NCBI GenBank assembly: GCA_002345505.1
Contig: DDWJ01000034.1
Location: 23,747 to 87,746 of the forward strand
From: Bacillales bacterium UBA2289
Lineage (GTDB): Bacteria > Bacillota_I > Bacilli_A > Izemoplasmatales > Hujiaoplasmataceae
Direction: 5' to 3'
DNA length: 64,000 nt
Below, piece after piece: positions 44,700 through 54,700 of this stretch; positions within the stretch are counted from its first letter, which is position 1; each line of letters starts with the position of its first letter. The notes beneath the pieces were generated by a model. That model saw only the letters and a list, made by a program, of their open reading frames with translations, was not told the origin of the DNA and ran no database searches. The position numbers and the translations under genes were made by a program.

Positions 44700-44764
44700 A
44701 TAATATCACTCCTAGCATTAATATTTTATCACAGTAGTATTTTTTTTAAAAACATATTTACTTT

Positions 44765-44794
44765 AAAAGAAAAAACTAAGAGAAAATCTCTTAG
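44765..44794 (-). terminator. Intrinsic terminator after ispF
   Basis: On the minus strand: CTAAGAGA-TTT-TCTCTTAG followed by TTTTTTCTTTT. Confidence 0.8.
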
Positions 44795-44797
44795 CAA

Positions 44798-45289
44798 TTA
44801 ATCTAACATATAATCTGACTTCTCTAAAATCACTACAGATTCGCAGATAATTCCTTCTTCTCTACCCACAAATCCCAAGCCTTCAAATGTAGTAGCTTTG
44901 ACTGACACCAAATGGATATCACAATTAAGAATAGAAGCAATATTTTCTCTAATGGCTTTAATATAAGGTCTAATCTTTGGTTCTTGCAAAGAAACCATTG
45001 TATCGATATTTGATATTTCATATCCTTTGGAACTAATATAATTAAAAACTTCTTTCAATATTAATCCCGAATCGTAATCTTTGTATTTTGGATCATCATC
45101 AGGGAAAAATTTACCCAAATCACCAAGCGCTAAAGCTCCTAACATCGATTCAGCTATCGCATGTAACAAACAATCTCCGTCGGAATAACCGACTGATCCT
45201 TTATAATGAGGTATTTCTATACCGCCTAGAATAAATTTAGATCCCTCTTTTAATGGATGAATATCTTTTGAAAATCCTATTTTAATCAT
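44798..45289 (-). CDS. ispF: 2-C-methyl-D-erythritol 2,4-cyclodiphosphate synthase
   Basis: 163 aa with IGFSKDIHPL, SDGDCLLHAI and GDLGKFFPD motifs. Confidence 0.95.
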   Translation of the reverse strand: MIKIGFSKDIHPLKEGSKFILGGIEIPHYKGSVGYSDGDCLLHAIAESMLGALALGDLGKFFPDDDPKYKDYDSGLILKEVFNYISSKGYEISNIDTMVSLQEPKIRPYIKAIRENIASILNCDIHLVSVKATTFEGLGFVGREEGIICESVVILEKSDYMLD

Positions 45290-45936
45290 AACAAATCCTC
45301 CAAAATCCTTAAATCAAGTTCAGTGGTTAATTTAATGTTATTTTCATTGCCTTCTAATATTATAACATCTTCTTGTAGTTCTTGCATATATAAACTTGCG
45401 TCGTCACTATAAGAATTTTCATTAACCATAGCTAACTCATAAGCTTTAATAATTTTATCTGTTGTAAAAGCTTGAGGTGTTTGTAATAGCATATAATTAT
45501 CCCTATTAACGTAACTCTTCAATTTTCCAAATGAAACTTTTGCGATTGATTCCTTTATTTTTTTGCCTAAAACACAAGGACTTTCCTTCACGGTTATCTT
45601 TAACTTTTCAATATCACTTTTATCAATAAAAGGACGAGCCCCATCATGAATCAACACATATTTATTATTTACTTTCTTCAAACCGTTATAAACACTTTCT
45701 TGCCTAGTAATACCGCCTAAGGTTATTTTCACATCTTTCCCTTTCAGTAACTCTTTAACGTGAGATTGGTCTTTCTCAGTAGTTACAATGATTACTTCAG
45801 AGAATGAAGAGTCTTTTAAAAAATACTCAACTGAATATTCTAAAATCGATTTTTGCTTTATTTCATAAAAAACTTTATTATAACCCAAGTTTAAACGCGT
45901 ACCTTTACCTGCAGCTAAAATGATTACCGAATACAT
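45286..45936 (-). CDS. ispD: 2-C-methyl-D-erythritol 4-phosphate cytidylyltransferase
   Basis: 216 aa with ILAAGKGTRL and IHDGARPF motifs. It overlaps ispF by 4 nt. Confidence 0.9.
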   Translation of the reverse strand: MYSVIILAAGKGTRLNLGYNKVFYEIKQKSILEYSVEYFLKDSSFSEVIIVTTEKDQSHVKELLKGKDVKITLGGITRQESVYNGLKKVNNKYVLIHDGARPFIDKSDIEKLKITVKESPCVLGKKIKESIAKVSFGKLKSYVNRDNYMLLQTPQAFTTDKIIKAYELAMVNENSYSDDASLYMQELQEDVIILEGNENNIKLTTELDLRILEDLL

Positions 45937-45939
45937 AGC

Positions 45940-47112
45940 CTATCCTCCGAAAATTGAATAGTTTTGCTTGTTATTTCTTATCGCTTCTTCTAAAGCTTTA
46001 TTACTTAAGCTTATAAAATCTGTTATTTCAATTGATTGCCATGGATCGTTCTTAATGATTCCGATATTCGGATAAACAATTTGGACTATTCCGCCAACAT
46101 TTATTCTAACGTTAATCAAATCGCCACCACTGACTAAAGCTCTATGAAGATTAGCATATCTTTGCTCATCTTCAATTATTACCGCAAATTGAATCCCAGT
46201 AATCCTAAAAACCGTATTATTATCTTTTGCAAAATGAAACTTCATTTGCTTAATATATTCTGCTATCATCAAATTCCCCACGTCTCTACCAAAACGTTTA
46301 TTTATATCAGGAATATTAGTTAGATGCATCATTGCTAAATAGAATGGTTTTCTTTCTTTTCGTAAGTAAGAAATTTGATTTGTCAAATCATCTTCACCAG
46401 GTAAACCATCTACTAACTGAAGTGATGTTTCTGGAAATAATTTTATATCCAATTTCTTAATAACGGATATAAGATAATCTGAGTTATCATGACTGAATAT
46501 CTTCAATTTTTCTTCAACCCAAGTATATGTATCACCTATTTTGAGACGGTACTTATGTACAAACTCAGGTATCTTCTTACTCACTTTTTTCAAGTTTAAG
46601 ATGTATGAAGCTTTGTCCTCGGGATGCAAGTAACTACTAAATTCCTCTAATGTCATTTGCGATTTATCTGCATTGATTATCTTTAGTACTTCGTCTGTCA
46701 TAAACAAACCATTTCGGTCGTCATCATAGAAAATCAATCCATCATTCAAGAGTCCGATTGTATGAATGAATCTTTTTCTCAAAAGCTCTGATGAATCCCG
46801 CGTATTATTTAGTTCCTTTTCTAACTCGAAGAAATCATAGTCAGTTAAGTTCTGTGTAATCTTAATCTTATTTTTGAAATTAATGGCCAAAACAACAACA
46901 ATTAAATATAAGTAATAATGAAGATATTCTTTTGTATTTATATCCTCTAAGAAAACAAGTAGTTCTGGAAAGAACTCAATTATGACGAACAAAACCAAGG
47001 AAAATATAACTAAGATTAATTTCCAAATTCGAAGTTTCTTATATAAAATTGTACTAAATACAAATAGCAAGACAATTATTAAAATTGAGCCATAATATAG
47101 ATAATCATTCAT
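45940..47112 (-). CDS. Membrane protein with PAS-like domain and degenerate GGDEF-fold domain
   Basis: 390 aa. It has 3 N-terminal TM helices, a PAS-like block (LNDGLIFYDDD...LHPEDK...YRLKIGDTYTWVE) and a GGDEF-fold block aligned by eye. That block reads LAMMHLTNIPDINKRFGRDVGN and has TGIQF where GG[DE]EF is expected. Confidence 0.55.
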   Translation of the reverse strand: MNDYLYYGSILIIVLLFVFSTILYKKLRIWKLILVIFSLVLFVIIEFFPELLVFLEDINTKEYLHYYLYLIVVVLAINFKNKIKITQNLTDYDFFELEKELNNTRDSSELLRKRFIHTIGLLNDGLIFYDDDRNGLFMTDEVLKIINADKSQMTLEEFSSYLHPEDKASYILNLKKVSKKIPEFVHKYRLKIGDTYTWVEEKLKIFSHDNSDYLISVIKKLDIKLFPETSLQLVDGLPGEDDLTNQISYLRKERKPFYLAMMHLTNIPDINKRFGRDVGNLMIAEYIKQMKFHFAKDNNTVFRITGIQFAVIIEDEQRYANLHRALVSGGDLINVRINVGGIVQIVYPNIGIIKNDPWQSIEITDFISLSNKALEEAIRNNKQNYSIFGG

Positions 47113-47124
47113 AATTTTCTCCTA

Positions 47125-49467
47125 TTATTTCTTAATACTAGTTCTAACATAGATAATTGGATAAAAGTAAGTTAATAAAATTCCAAAGAATAAGAAGCTA
47201 TAAAACATTGATACGTAACTGTTACCAACTAAGTATGTACCGCCGAGAATAACCAAGAAGATGAATCCCCAGATAAATGTTAATCCATTTGTGATAATTC
47301 TAAATAATTTGGTATTTCTATAATCTGCTTTCATATCATATCGATGATAAAGATAAACAATAGGCTGATTAATAATTACTGAGGTTAAAAATACCAAAAT
47401 AATAAATCCTAGGAAAATATCGTCCGAATAAAAGTTATTAAATTTCGATATGAAAATAGACAAAACCGAAGCTATAAGTAGACCTGAATTAAGTACTATT
47501 TCAAACCAACTTACATGCTCATAAGTTTGATACTTTATAATGCTTACAATAATACTTAAACAAAAAGCTACAGGGAATATATAAATATTCGGGTAGTAAT
47601 TACTCAATAAAGAAGCAATAGAATAAATAAACAGATGCATAAAGAATAATTTAACTCCAAAATACTTATACTTCGATGTCAAATACTCCTCCTGAACAAA
47701 TTCTTGATAATCGTCTAATTCAAATGCATCTACAGCTTTATAAAGCAACTCTAAATCTCCGCGATATTTCAAAGAGCCCGATTCCAAAACTGACTTGAAA
47801 CTAGATTTTTTAAGTAATAGATCGCTCAGCTTATCATTTGTAGTATATATAGAAAGGTCTGAATTACTATATTTGCCATGATGAACTATTATATTCTTAC
47901 CTTTAGTTCTAATATAATAATTGCTTTTCCCAATATGGAAGTTAATATGTATTTCTTTGCTTCCCAATTTTTGGTAACCATAATTATGTCTTATCATCAT
48001 CATAATTTCATCATTAGAGAAGTATTCAAAATCATCAGTATTATCACCATAATAAAGTTTATCTTCAATCTTATCCGCGTAAATAATACTTTGGTTTATC
48101 GCTCCAAAAAATCCTGCTTCAGGGCGAATAAACTCTCCACCAATGAATAAATTTTCAAACACTTGAATATGCTCAAAAGTTTCGACATTAATCATTTCGT
48201 TAATCGACAAATTCCTTCTTAGTTTGGAATCTCTAAGCATTGATAAATACTTACTTGATTTTCCAATTTTTAAATCGCCAACGAATTTTCTAAGTTTGGG
48301 AATATATATATCAATTAACTTCAATAAATCTTCCTTACTAGGAACAACTTCTCCAACATAAGTAAAATCAATACATAGTAAACCTTCTTTTTTACGCAAA
48401 TCTTGATTTATTGCCTTGCTATAATTATAAAGTCTCAAAAGTTTTGTTGAGTTTGAATTATCATTTTTGAAATAATATATTAAGTCTTCAATACCAATAT
48501 CTGTAGGTTTTGTGTTTAAAGCTAAATATAATGTAGAAATTTTCTGATCACTATTGATGTTCGGATAATATAGATTCAGTAATTCCATATCTTTGCTTGA
48601 TATATTAAAAAACTTTTCATAAAAATCAATTGGATTTCCACTTACGAAAAAGTATTTTGCATAAATCAAATTATTCTGTGAATCAATAATACATTCAATC
48701 TTTTTGTCTTTTACCACAAACTCCTTAACAGAAGTTGATAAAAAAGCTTTTGGATTAACCAAATTAATCTTTTCAATTGATTTTAAGCAAATATCTTTAT
48801 AAGAATTGTTTAGAAGATAAAAACCTGATTCTAAACCTAAAAAGTAGTTAGAAAAGAAACTATAAGCATTTACTTCCTCTATCGGTAATCCACTTATAAA
48901 GTTATTGTATGTAAATTCTTTAATTAGTTCATCGCTAGAAAAATATTTAGTCAAAAGTTCTTCTAAAGAGTAATCTCCCCACTCAATCATTAAAGAAGAA
49001 AGGGTATAATCCGTATTAATCAACATGTTTAGAAACTGTTCTTTGTAATTTATATAATGTTTTTTCAAAATTTCGAAAAAGTTGTCGATTTCTTTAATAT
49101 TCTTAGGATAATGTCTTACAAGATAAATTCTAAAGCCTTCTAAGGAATTAAGTTGTTTTTGAAAATCACTATTTTGATTAATCAAGGTATTTTCTTCAAT
49201 TTTTTCATAAGAAAGCGATTTGACTAAACCCAAATTGTCTAAATATGCATATAAAAGTCCTGATTCATCTAGACCAGAAACTATGTTGTTGCGATTGTAA
49301 ACAAGGTTGAATTTTTTATCCGCAAAAGATAAACGAACCTTCTCGTAGTCACTACTTTGATGAGAATCTTGAAGCACTAAAACCTTTCTCATCTTTCTCG
49401 ATAAAAACAAAGCGACGGTAAGAGCATACAAATCTTCACCAACTACTACTAAATCGTATAATTTCAA
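47125..49467 (-). CDS. Fusion protein: CrtI/amine-oxidase-like domain (degenerate dinucleotide motif) + SCP2-like domain + about 6-TM C-terminal domain
   Basis: 780 aa. The N-terminal beta-alpha-beta reads DLVVVGEDLYALTVALFL..KVLVLQD, with GEDLYA in place of GxGxxG. A late motif FIGGEFIRPEAGFFGAINQS resembles the C-terminal FAD motif of the phytoene-desaturase family. Residues ~505-590 look SCP2-like (SDLSIYTTNDKLSDLLLKK...GSLKYRGDLELLYK). The last ~180 aa are hydrophobic. Confidence 0.5.
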   Translation of the reverse strand: MKLYDLVVVGEDLYALTVALFLSRKMRKVLVLQDSHQSSDYEKVRLSFADKKFNLVYNRNNIVSGLDESGLLYAYLDNLGLVKSLSYEKIEENTLINQNSDFQKQLNSLEGFRIYLVRHYPKNIKEIDNFFEILKKHYINYKEQFLNMLINTDYTLSSLMIEWGDYSLEELLTKYFSSDELIKEFTYNNFISGLPIEEVNAYSFFSNYFLGLESGFYLLNNSYKDICLKSIEKINLVNPKAFLSTSVKEFVVKDKKIECIIDSQNNLIYAKYFFVSGNPIDFYEKFFNISSKDMELLNLYYPNINSDQKISTLYLALNTKPTDIGIEDLIYYFKNDNSNSTKLLRLYNYSKAINQDLRKKEGLLCIDFTYVGEVVPSKEDLLKLIDIYIPKLRKFVGDLKIGKSSKYLSMLRDSKLRRNLSINEMINVETFEHIQVFENLFIGGEFIRPEAGFFGAINQSIIYADKIEDKLYYGDNTDDFEYFSNDEIMMMIRHNYGYQKLGSKEIHINFHIGKSNYYIRTKGKNIIVHHGKYSNSDLSIYTTNDKLSDLLLKKSSFKSVLESGSLKYRGDLELLYKAVDAFELDDYQEFVQEEYLTSKYKYFGVKLFFMHLFIYSIASLLSNYYPNIYIFPVAFCLSIIVSIIKYQTYEHVSWFEIVLNSGLLIASVLSIFISKFNNFYSDDIFLGFIILVFLTSVIINQPIVYLYHRYDMKADYRNTKLFRIITNGLTFIWGFIFLVILGGTYLVGNSYVSMFYSFLFFGILLTYFYPIIYVRTSIKK

Positions 49468-49494
49468 GTTCTCACCACCTTTACATCAAATCAA

Positions 49495-49503
49495 ATTATA
49501 ACA
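49495..49503 (-). promoter_or_regulatory. Extended -10 promoter (TGTTATAAT) for the 780aa-390aa-ispD-ispF operon
   Basis: TGnTATAAT on the minus strand 28 nt upstream of the ATG at 49467. It lies just downstream of the cdaA terminator. Confidence 0.45.
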
Positions 49504-49529
49504 TAAACAAGGTAATATTTCTATTAGCC

Positions 49530-49554
49530 AAAAAAATAAAGCGCTAAAAGCGCT
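49530..49554 (-). terminator. Intrinsic terminator after cdaA
   Basis: On the minus strand: AGCGCT-TTT-AGCGCT followed by TTATTTTTTT. Confidence 0.75.
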
Positions 49555-50298
49555 CTATTCCATTTTTAAGAATTTTTCAAAGTAAAGATTCAATGTTTCT
49601 CTACTAATATTGTACTCGATTTCCTTATTTACTGTAATGCTTACGTGCCCAGTTTCTTCTGAAACAACTATTGTGAATGCGTCACTTTGTTCACTAATGC
49701 CTATTGCAGCTCTATGTCTTGTTCCAAAATGCATAGGTAAGTCAGTTCTCTTGGTCGAAGGATAATATGCTTTTGCACAAAGAATTTTATCGCCTCTAAT
49801 AATAACTGCTCCATCATGTAAAGGTGCATTAGGAATAAAAATCGAAGTTAGTAATTCTTTAGAAACATCCGCATTAAGCATCAAAGCTTTATTAACGATT
49901 TTTGATAAATCTACATTTCTTTCAACAGTTATCAATGCGCCGATTTGATTTTTAGATAAAAATTCAACAGCTTGATATAAATGATCGGCTAAATCATTAT
50001 TAACAAAATAAGCCTTATCTCTAGATGACTTTAATCCTGTCTTTTTAGCGAATTTATAGATATCTTCCGTAAATATCATAAATATCAAATAAATTACCGG
50101 TAAGTAAACTACTATTCTTAACCACAGAGGTAGATTAGCTACTTGCTCTGTAATCAAAAAGTACAAACTTGCAAGCGATAAAACCAAGAAAATAATCTTG
50201 GTAATTCCAGCTTTAATGTATGTAACTTTTGATTCCAACTGCAAAACAAACACTGCATACAAATATGTAATTATTACCAATAATTCAAAAATACTCAT
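49555..50298 (-). CDS. cdaA: Membrane-bound diadenylate cyclase CdaA (DisA_N/DAC domain)
   Basis: 247 aa with 3 N-terminal TM helices and the DAC motifs LHDGAVII and GTRHRAA. Confidence 0.9.
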   Translation of the reverse strand: MSIFELLVIITYLYAVFVLQLESKVTYIKAGITKIIFLVLSLASLYFLITEQVANLPLWLRIVVYLPVIYLIFMIFTEDIYKFAKKTGLKSSRDKAYFVNNDLADHLYQAVEFLSKNQIGALITVERNVDLSKIVNKALMLNADVSKELLTSIFIPNAPLHDGAVIIRGDKILCAKAYYPSTKRTDLPMHFGTRHRAAIGISEQSDAFTIVVSEETGHVSITVNKEIEYNISRETLNLYFEKFLKME

Positions 50299-50347
50299 AA
50301 TATTACCTCTATCTCAATTATAAACTATATTCTTTATGAAATAAATA

Positions 50348-50812
50348 CTATTTTGCAACATCTGTTTTTTTGAAAACGATATCTAGAGCAAAATATGCTA
50401 TTGGTATCAAAAGCGCTGATGCAAAGAAAGGTGCTATTGATTTAGCTATAGGGTAAACAGCATAATCAATTCCAACCCAATTAATAACCATAAAATCGAA
50501 TAACTCTGCTAATAAACTACTTACCAACAATCTTGATAAGAATACTAAAATAACAATCGAAAACTGCATTGTGCTCTTATTTTTAGGCTTAAAAGTAAAA
50601 TAAGCATTTGCGAAATAAGAAAAAATAGATGCAACAATAAACGCAATTGAGTTCGAGAAAAATGCACTACCGACAAAACTTGTCGTATTCTCATTATAAA
50701 TTAGTGAGTAAACCAGCAAATGAATAAATGTATTTAGTATTCCGATAACTCCAAAAGTTAAAAATTTCCTAGTCAAAAAATTCTTTTTAACAAATAACCA
50801 TATCTTATTCAA
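50348..50812 (-). CDS. GtrA-family small membrane protein
   Basis: 154 aa with 4 TM helices. The N-terminal LTFGVIGILNTFIHL pattern is typical of GtrA. It overlaps the upstream GT2 gene by 8 nt. Confidence 0.75.
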   Translation of the reverse strand: MNKIWLFVKKNFLTRKFLTFGVIGILNTFIHLLVYSLIYNENTTSFVGSAFFSNSIAFIVASIFSYFANAYFTFKPKNKSTMQFSIVILVFLSRLLVSSLLAELFDFMVINWVGIDYAVYPIAKSIAPFFASALLIPIAYFALDIVFKKTDVAK

Positions 50813-51731
50813 ATGTTATATCCTCCGATGTTTCTTCCACCAAGTAAATAGGACGATTGAGGATTTGCTTGCGATTAGAGTAAAGTAAATATATCACCAC
50901 ATATGAAAAAATGCTTAGCACTATAAATAATAACGACATATGGAGACTTAAAATCATGCTTGTTAAATCCATTACATTAGTGAAATACAAAACCAAATCA
51001 GCAACAACTAACAATAATCCCATGAAAAAGAAAACTACCGGTAATACTAATAGAATCATTGAAAATTGATTCATTCCGTTAAAAGCATATTTAACTAGGG
51101 ATTTGAAACTCCACGAACTCTTTCCATGCTGCCTTGGGATAAAATCGTACTCTATACATTTTCTTGGATATCCAACCCAAGAGAAAATACCTTTTATAAA
51201 ACGATAATTATCTTTAATCTTCAAGAACGCGTCCACAACTATCTTATCCATCAACTGATAATCTTTTGCACCATTGTCCAAAGGTTTTTCGGTATAAGCA
51301 TTATAAATTTTATAAAATATATTCGCGAAAAATGTTCTTAATTTTGGTTCGCCTTTTCTAGATTTACTTCTGGTATATACAATTTTATATCCTTCTCTAT
51401 AATGTTTAATCATTTCAGTAATTAACTGCGGCGGTTGTTGCAAATCGCAGTCGATAATAATTATAAAATCTTTATCTCTTGAACTTTCTAAACCAGCGTG
51501 CATTGCAGCTTCTTTACCAAAATTTCTTGATAAAGATATATATTTTACAGATTTATCTTTTTTGTTTAGCTTAATAATCTCTTCTAAAGTCTTATCTTTT
51601 GATCCATCATTGATAAACAAGATATCAAATTCGATATCATCATATTTAAGATATTTTGTTGCTTCTTCATAAAATAACGAAATATTCTCTTGCTCATTAT
51701 ATGCGGGAACAATTAATCTTGCTTTTTTCAT
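50805..51731 (-). CDS. GT2 polyprenyl-phosphate glycosyltransferase (CsbB/GtrB-like)
   Basis: The N-terminus LIVPAYNEQENI, DGSKD and DCDLQ motifs, and 2 C-terminal TM helices fit this family. An AAGAGGA RBS precedes the ATG at 51731. Confidence 0.85.
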   Translation of the reverse strand: MKKARLIVPAYNEQENISLFYEEATKYLKYDDIEFDILFINDGSKDKTLEEIIKLNKKDKSVKYISLSRNFGKEAAMHAGLESSRDKDFIIIIDCDLQQPPQLITEMIKHYREGYKIVYTRSKSRKGEPKLRTFFANIFYKIYNAYTEKPLDNGAKDYQLMDKIVVDAFLKIKDNYRFIKGIFSWVGYPRKCIEYDFIPRQHGKSSWSFKSLVKYAFNGMNQFSMILLVLPVVFFFMGLLLVVADLVLYFTNVMDLTSMILSLHMSLLFIVLSIFSYVVIYLLYSNRKQILNRPIYLVEETSEDITFE

Positions 51732-51735
51732 ATAA

Positions 51736-54700
51736 TCATCCTCTTTTTTTCTTATTAACAACTAACGGCGTTATAAAAATCAAACCATAGATTGCTAAAG
51801 ATCCTAAACTAATATACAAGCCTAAGTCCATGTATTTTGGCGAAAATTTCATGGTTATCTCAACTTGAGAAGTACCTTTAGGAATAACAATACCTAAAAA
51901 ACCTCCGCTTACACTAATTGTATCATATACTTGTTCTGATGTGAATTGCCAATCTTCAGAATAAGCAACTGGTATAACTACTATTTGGTCTTTTTCTGAA
52001 CTTATTAAATTATTATACTTCAAATTAATTTTTGCATTATTAATACTTAGATATTTATTATCAATATTATCTTGTGTCAGTATATCATCTAAATCTTCAT
52101 ATGTTTCGGCAATATATCTTAATCTTAAATTGTAAAGATCATAATAACTATACATGCCAGAAGTTTTAAAAATATAAAGCTTATCTGGTTTAGTCTCATA
52201 ATGATAGTATCCATCTAAAACCTCATATCTGTCACCAAACTCATCGACAATAAAAACTTTTTCAAAAGGTTTTTCAATAGCCATATCAAAAACTAAAAAT
52301 CCTTTTTCGCTAGGTAAATCAAGTTGAGAGAGATCATAGGTTAAATATGCAGCAAATTCAAGTGCTCTTTCATTTCTCATTTTAAACACTGGTGCTGTCG
52401 TTAAATTTTCATTTTTCTCAACAAATATTTTTACTGGTCTCTTCCAAAATTCACATTTAATATGATAAGGTGATTTTATTTCATTTTCACCGACTCCGAA
52501 ATTGTATACACTACATGCTTGTCTAGTTCCGTCACTAAACTCCATAAAAACTTGGCTTAAATTCGAAACTAAATCATTTGTATCAAAAAACTTGATATAA
52601 GCAGCTCCAACAGTAAAATTAATGTCTATTGTTTCCTCATCATATAGGTAAAATTCTCTTTCAATATCATCATTAAAACCTGTTGTCATAACAGTTGTTC
52701 CACTTATTACTGTATAAGAAGAAATTGATTGCATATTAGTCGAACTGAATTCATCTAAATAATTCAAATCATACTGACTCATATCATATTCTTTATCAGT
52801 GTCAATAATCGCTGACATAAGAAATGCTTTCTGTCTAACTAAAGCCGAATTTATATCTTGCAAACTATTATTTACTTCCAAATCAATATCATCGGAGTAA
52901 AAATAAGTATCAAAGACTTTAAAGCTTGAGGAATAGTTCATTTCATATAACTTATATTTTTCGTTTTCAGCAATCATACTGAAATAATCTTCTTCAAAAT
53001 CGAATTCATATGTAGCGTCAACTAAAACATACTTGTATCCTAAGAAATGATTTATATAAAAACCAAAATAATTCATTCTACTCTTTGACTGGTATTCATT
53101 TGAATTAAAAATCATTTTACCAATGCCGTTTGTTTCTGAATCTGTCCATGAATGGAAGATATAAGTATTGGTTGGGAAAACTGTCATGCGGTTAAAATTG
53201 GTTTTATCTAAGCCGATTCTACTCATATCAATATATACTCGATAGAATTCTTCTTGATCTAAATTAGCTTCTAAAAACTCATTAACATCATGGCTTCTTT
53301 CAAAAACATCAATCTTATCTCTGATTGAAAAAGGTCCAGAGAAGATATATCCTAGGGCTACTATTACTTCAATCCATACAAACCACTTAATTACTGTAAA
53401 CTTTTTAAGCCATCCAAAAACAATAATTACTACAAGATAAATTATCGATATGCCAATCATTACAGTATCCGCGGTTAATGTTTCTCTTCCCGCATACCTA
53501 ATATTAATATCTAATTTTTTAATATAGTAATAAACTAAGAAACTTGACAATAAAATCAGTAAGGATGCGACTATTGTCATTTGTTTCATTTTGATTTTTT
53601 CAAAACCGTAGTGATCAAAAACATGTGCCAAAGCTAAAACTTCAATCAACGGTAAGAAATTAATCCATCTCGTATACGGTTTATCAAGTGTGCCTGAAAA
53701 AACATATGAAAAGAGTGGGAAGAACATAAACACAAGAGCTATTAAAAAACTTACTTTATAGACTCTACTAATCTTGTCTTTCATAAAGAAAATCAAACTC
53801 ATGTAAGCAAATCCTATTATAGTTATATAAAGTGATGCATGTTCTAATCCATAATCATTTTCAAAACCATAGAAACCAATTGGTTTTTGTTCCGCAACTA
53901 ATTTGGCTAAGTATCTAATATATATTTCTGGTTGGAATAATTTCAACTCATAAGAACCGATATTTATAATCCAAGCATTGAAAGTTGCAGTGCTGCGATA
54001 AGTTTCTTCTAGAATAAAATTGATTGATGGCAGTAAAATGACCGCAGCCATTCCCACACCTAAAAGTAACAAACTAAGGAAAATAGCTCCTTTTTTTATA
54101 AAATCAAATAGATTAAACTTATAACGCTTAAAGTATTCTAAAATGAAGGCAAATGATGTAAATGCCAGAATCATATACCCTAAATAGAAATTATAAAAAA
54201 TGATTATAAGTGCGAAAAGAGGTAGTATCCATCTCTTCTTGTTAAAGAAGTAGTGGATAACTATTAATGACAGCGGAAGATAAAAGGCTATTGAAAGGAA
54301 TGCTGGAAAAGCCATAAAGCTTACCATACCACCACTAACAAAATAGAAAATGCTAGCCCAAAAGATCGTTCTATTTTTTCTTCCCTCAAGATGTAAGAAA
54401 TAAGCTAATGCCATTACCCCAGCAAATATCTTGAATAACTCCATGATAGAATATGCTATCTCGACGTTCATTACATAACTCAGTATAAAAGTTAAAAATG
54501 TAAATATGTCCAATGGAATATAATAAATATCCGAAAAAAACGATGCGCCAAAATAATTATTCAAATTAAATAACGACAAAGAACCTCCTTTTACAGAAGC
54601 TATAAAATCATTCATTATTGTATAATATTGTAAAATATCATCAGAAAAATTGTTATAAAAGCTGTTATTAACAATGATTATACCGGCCTGAATTATAAAC

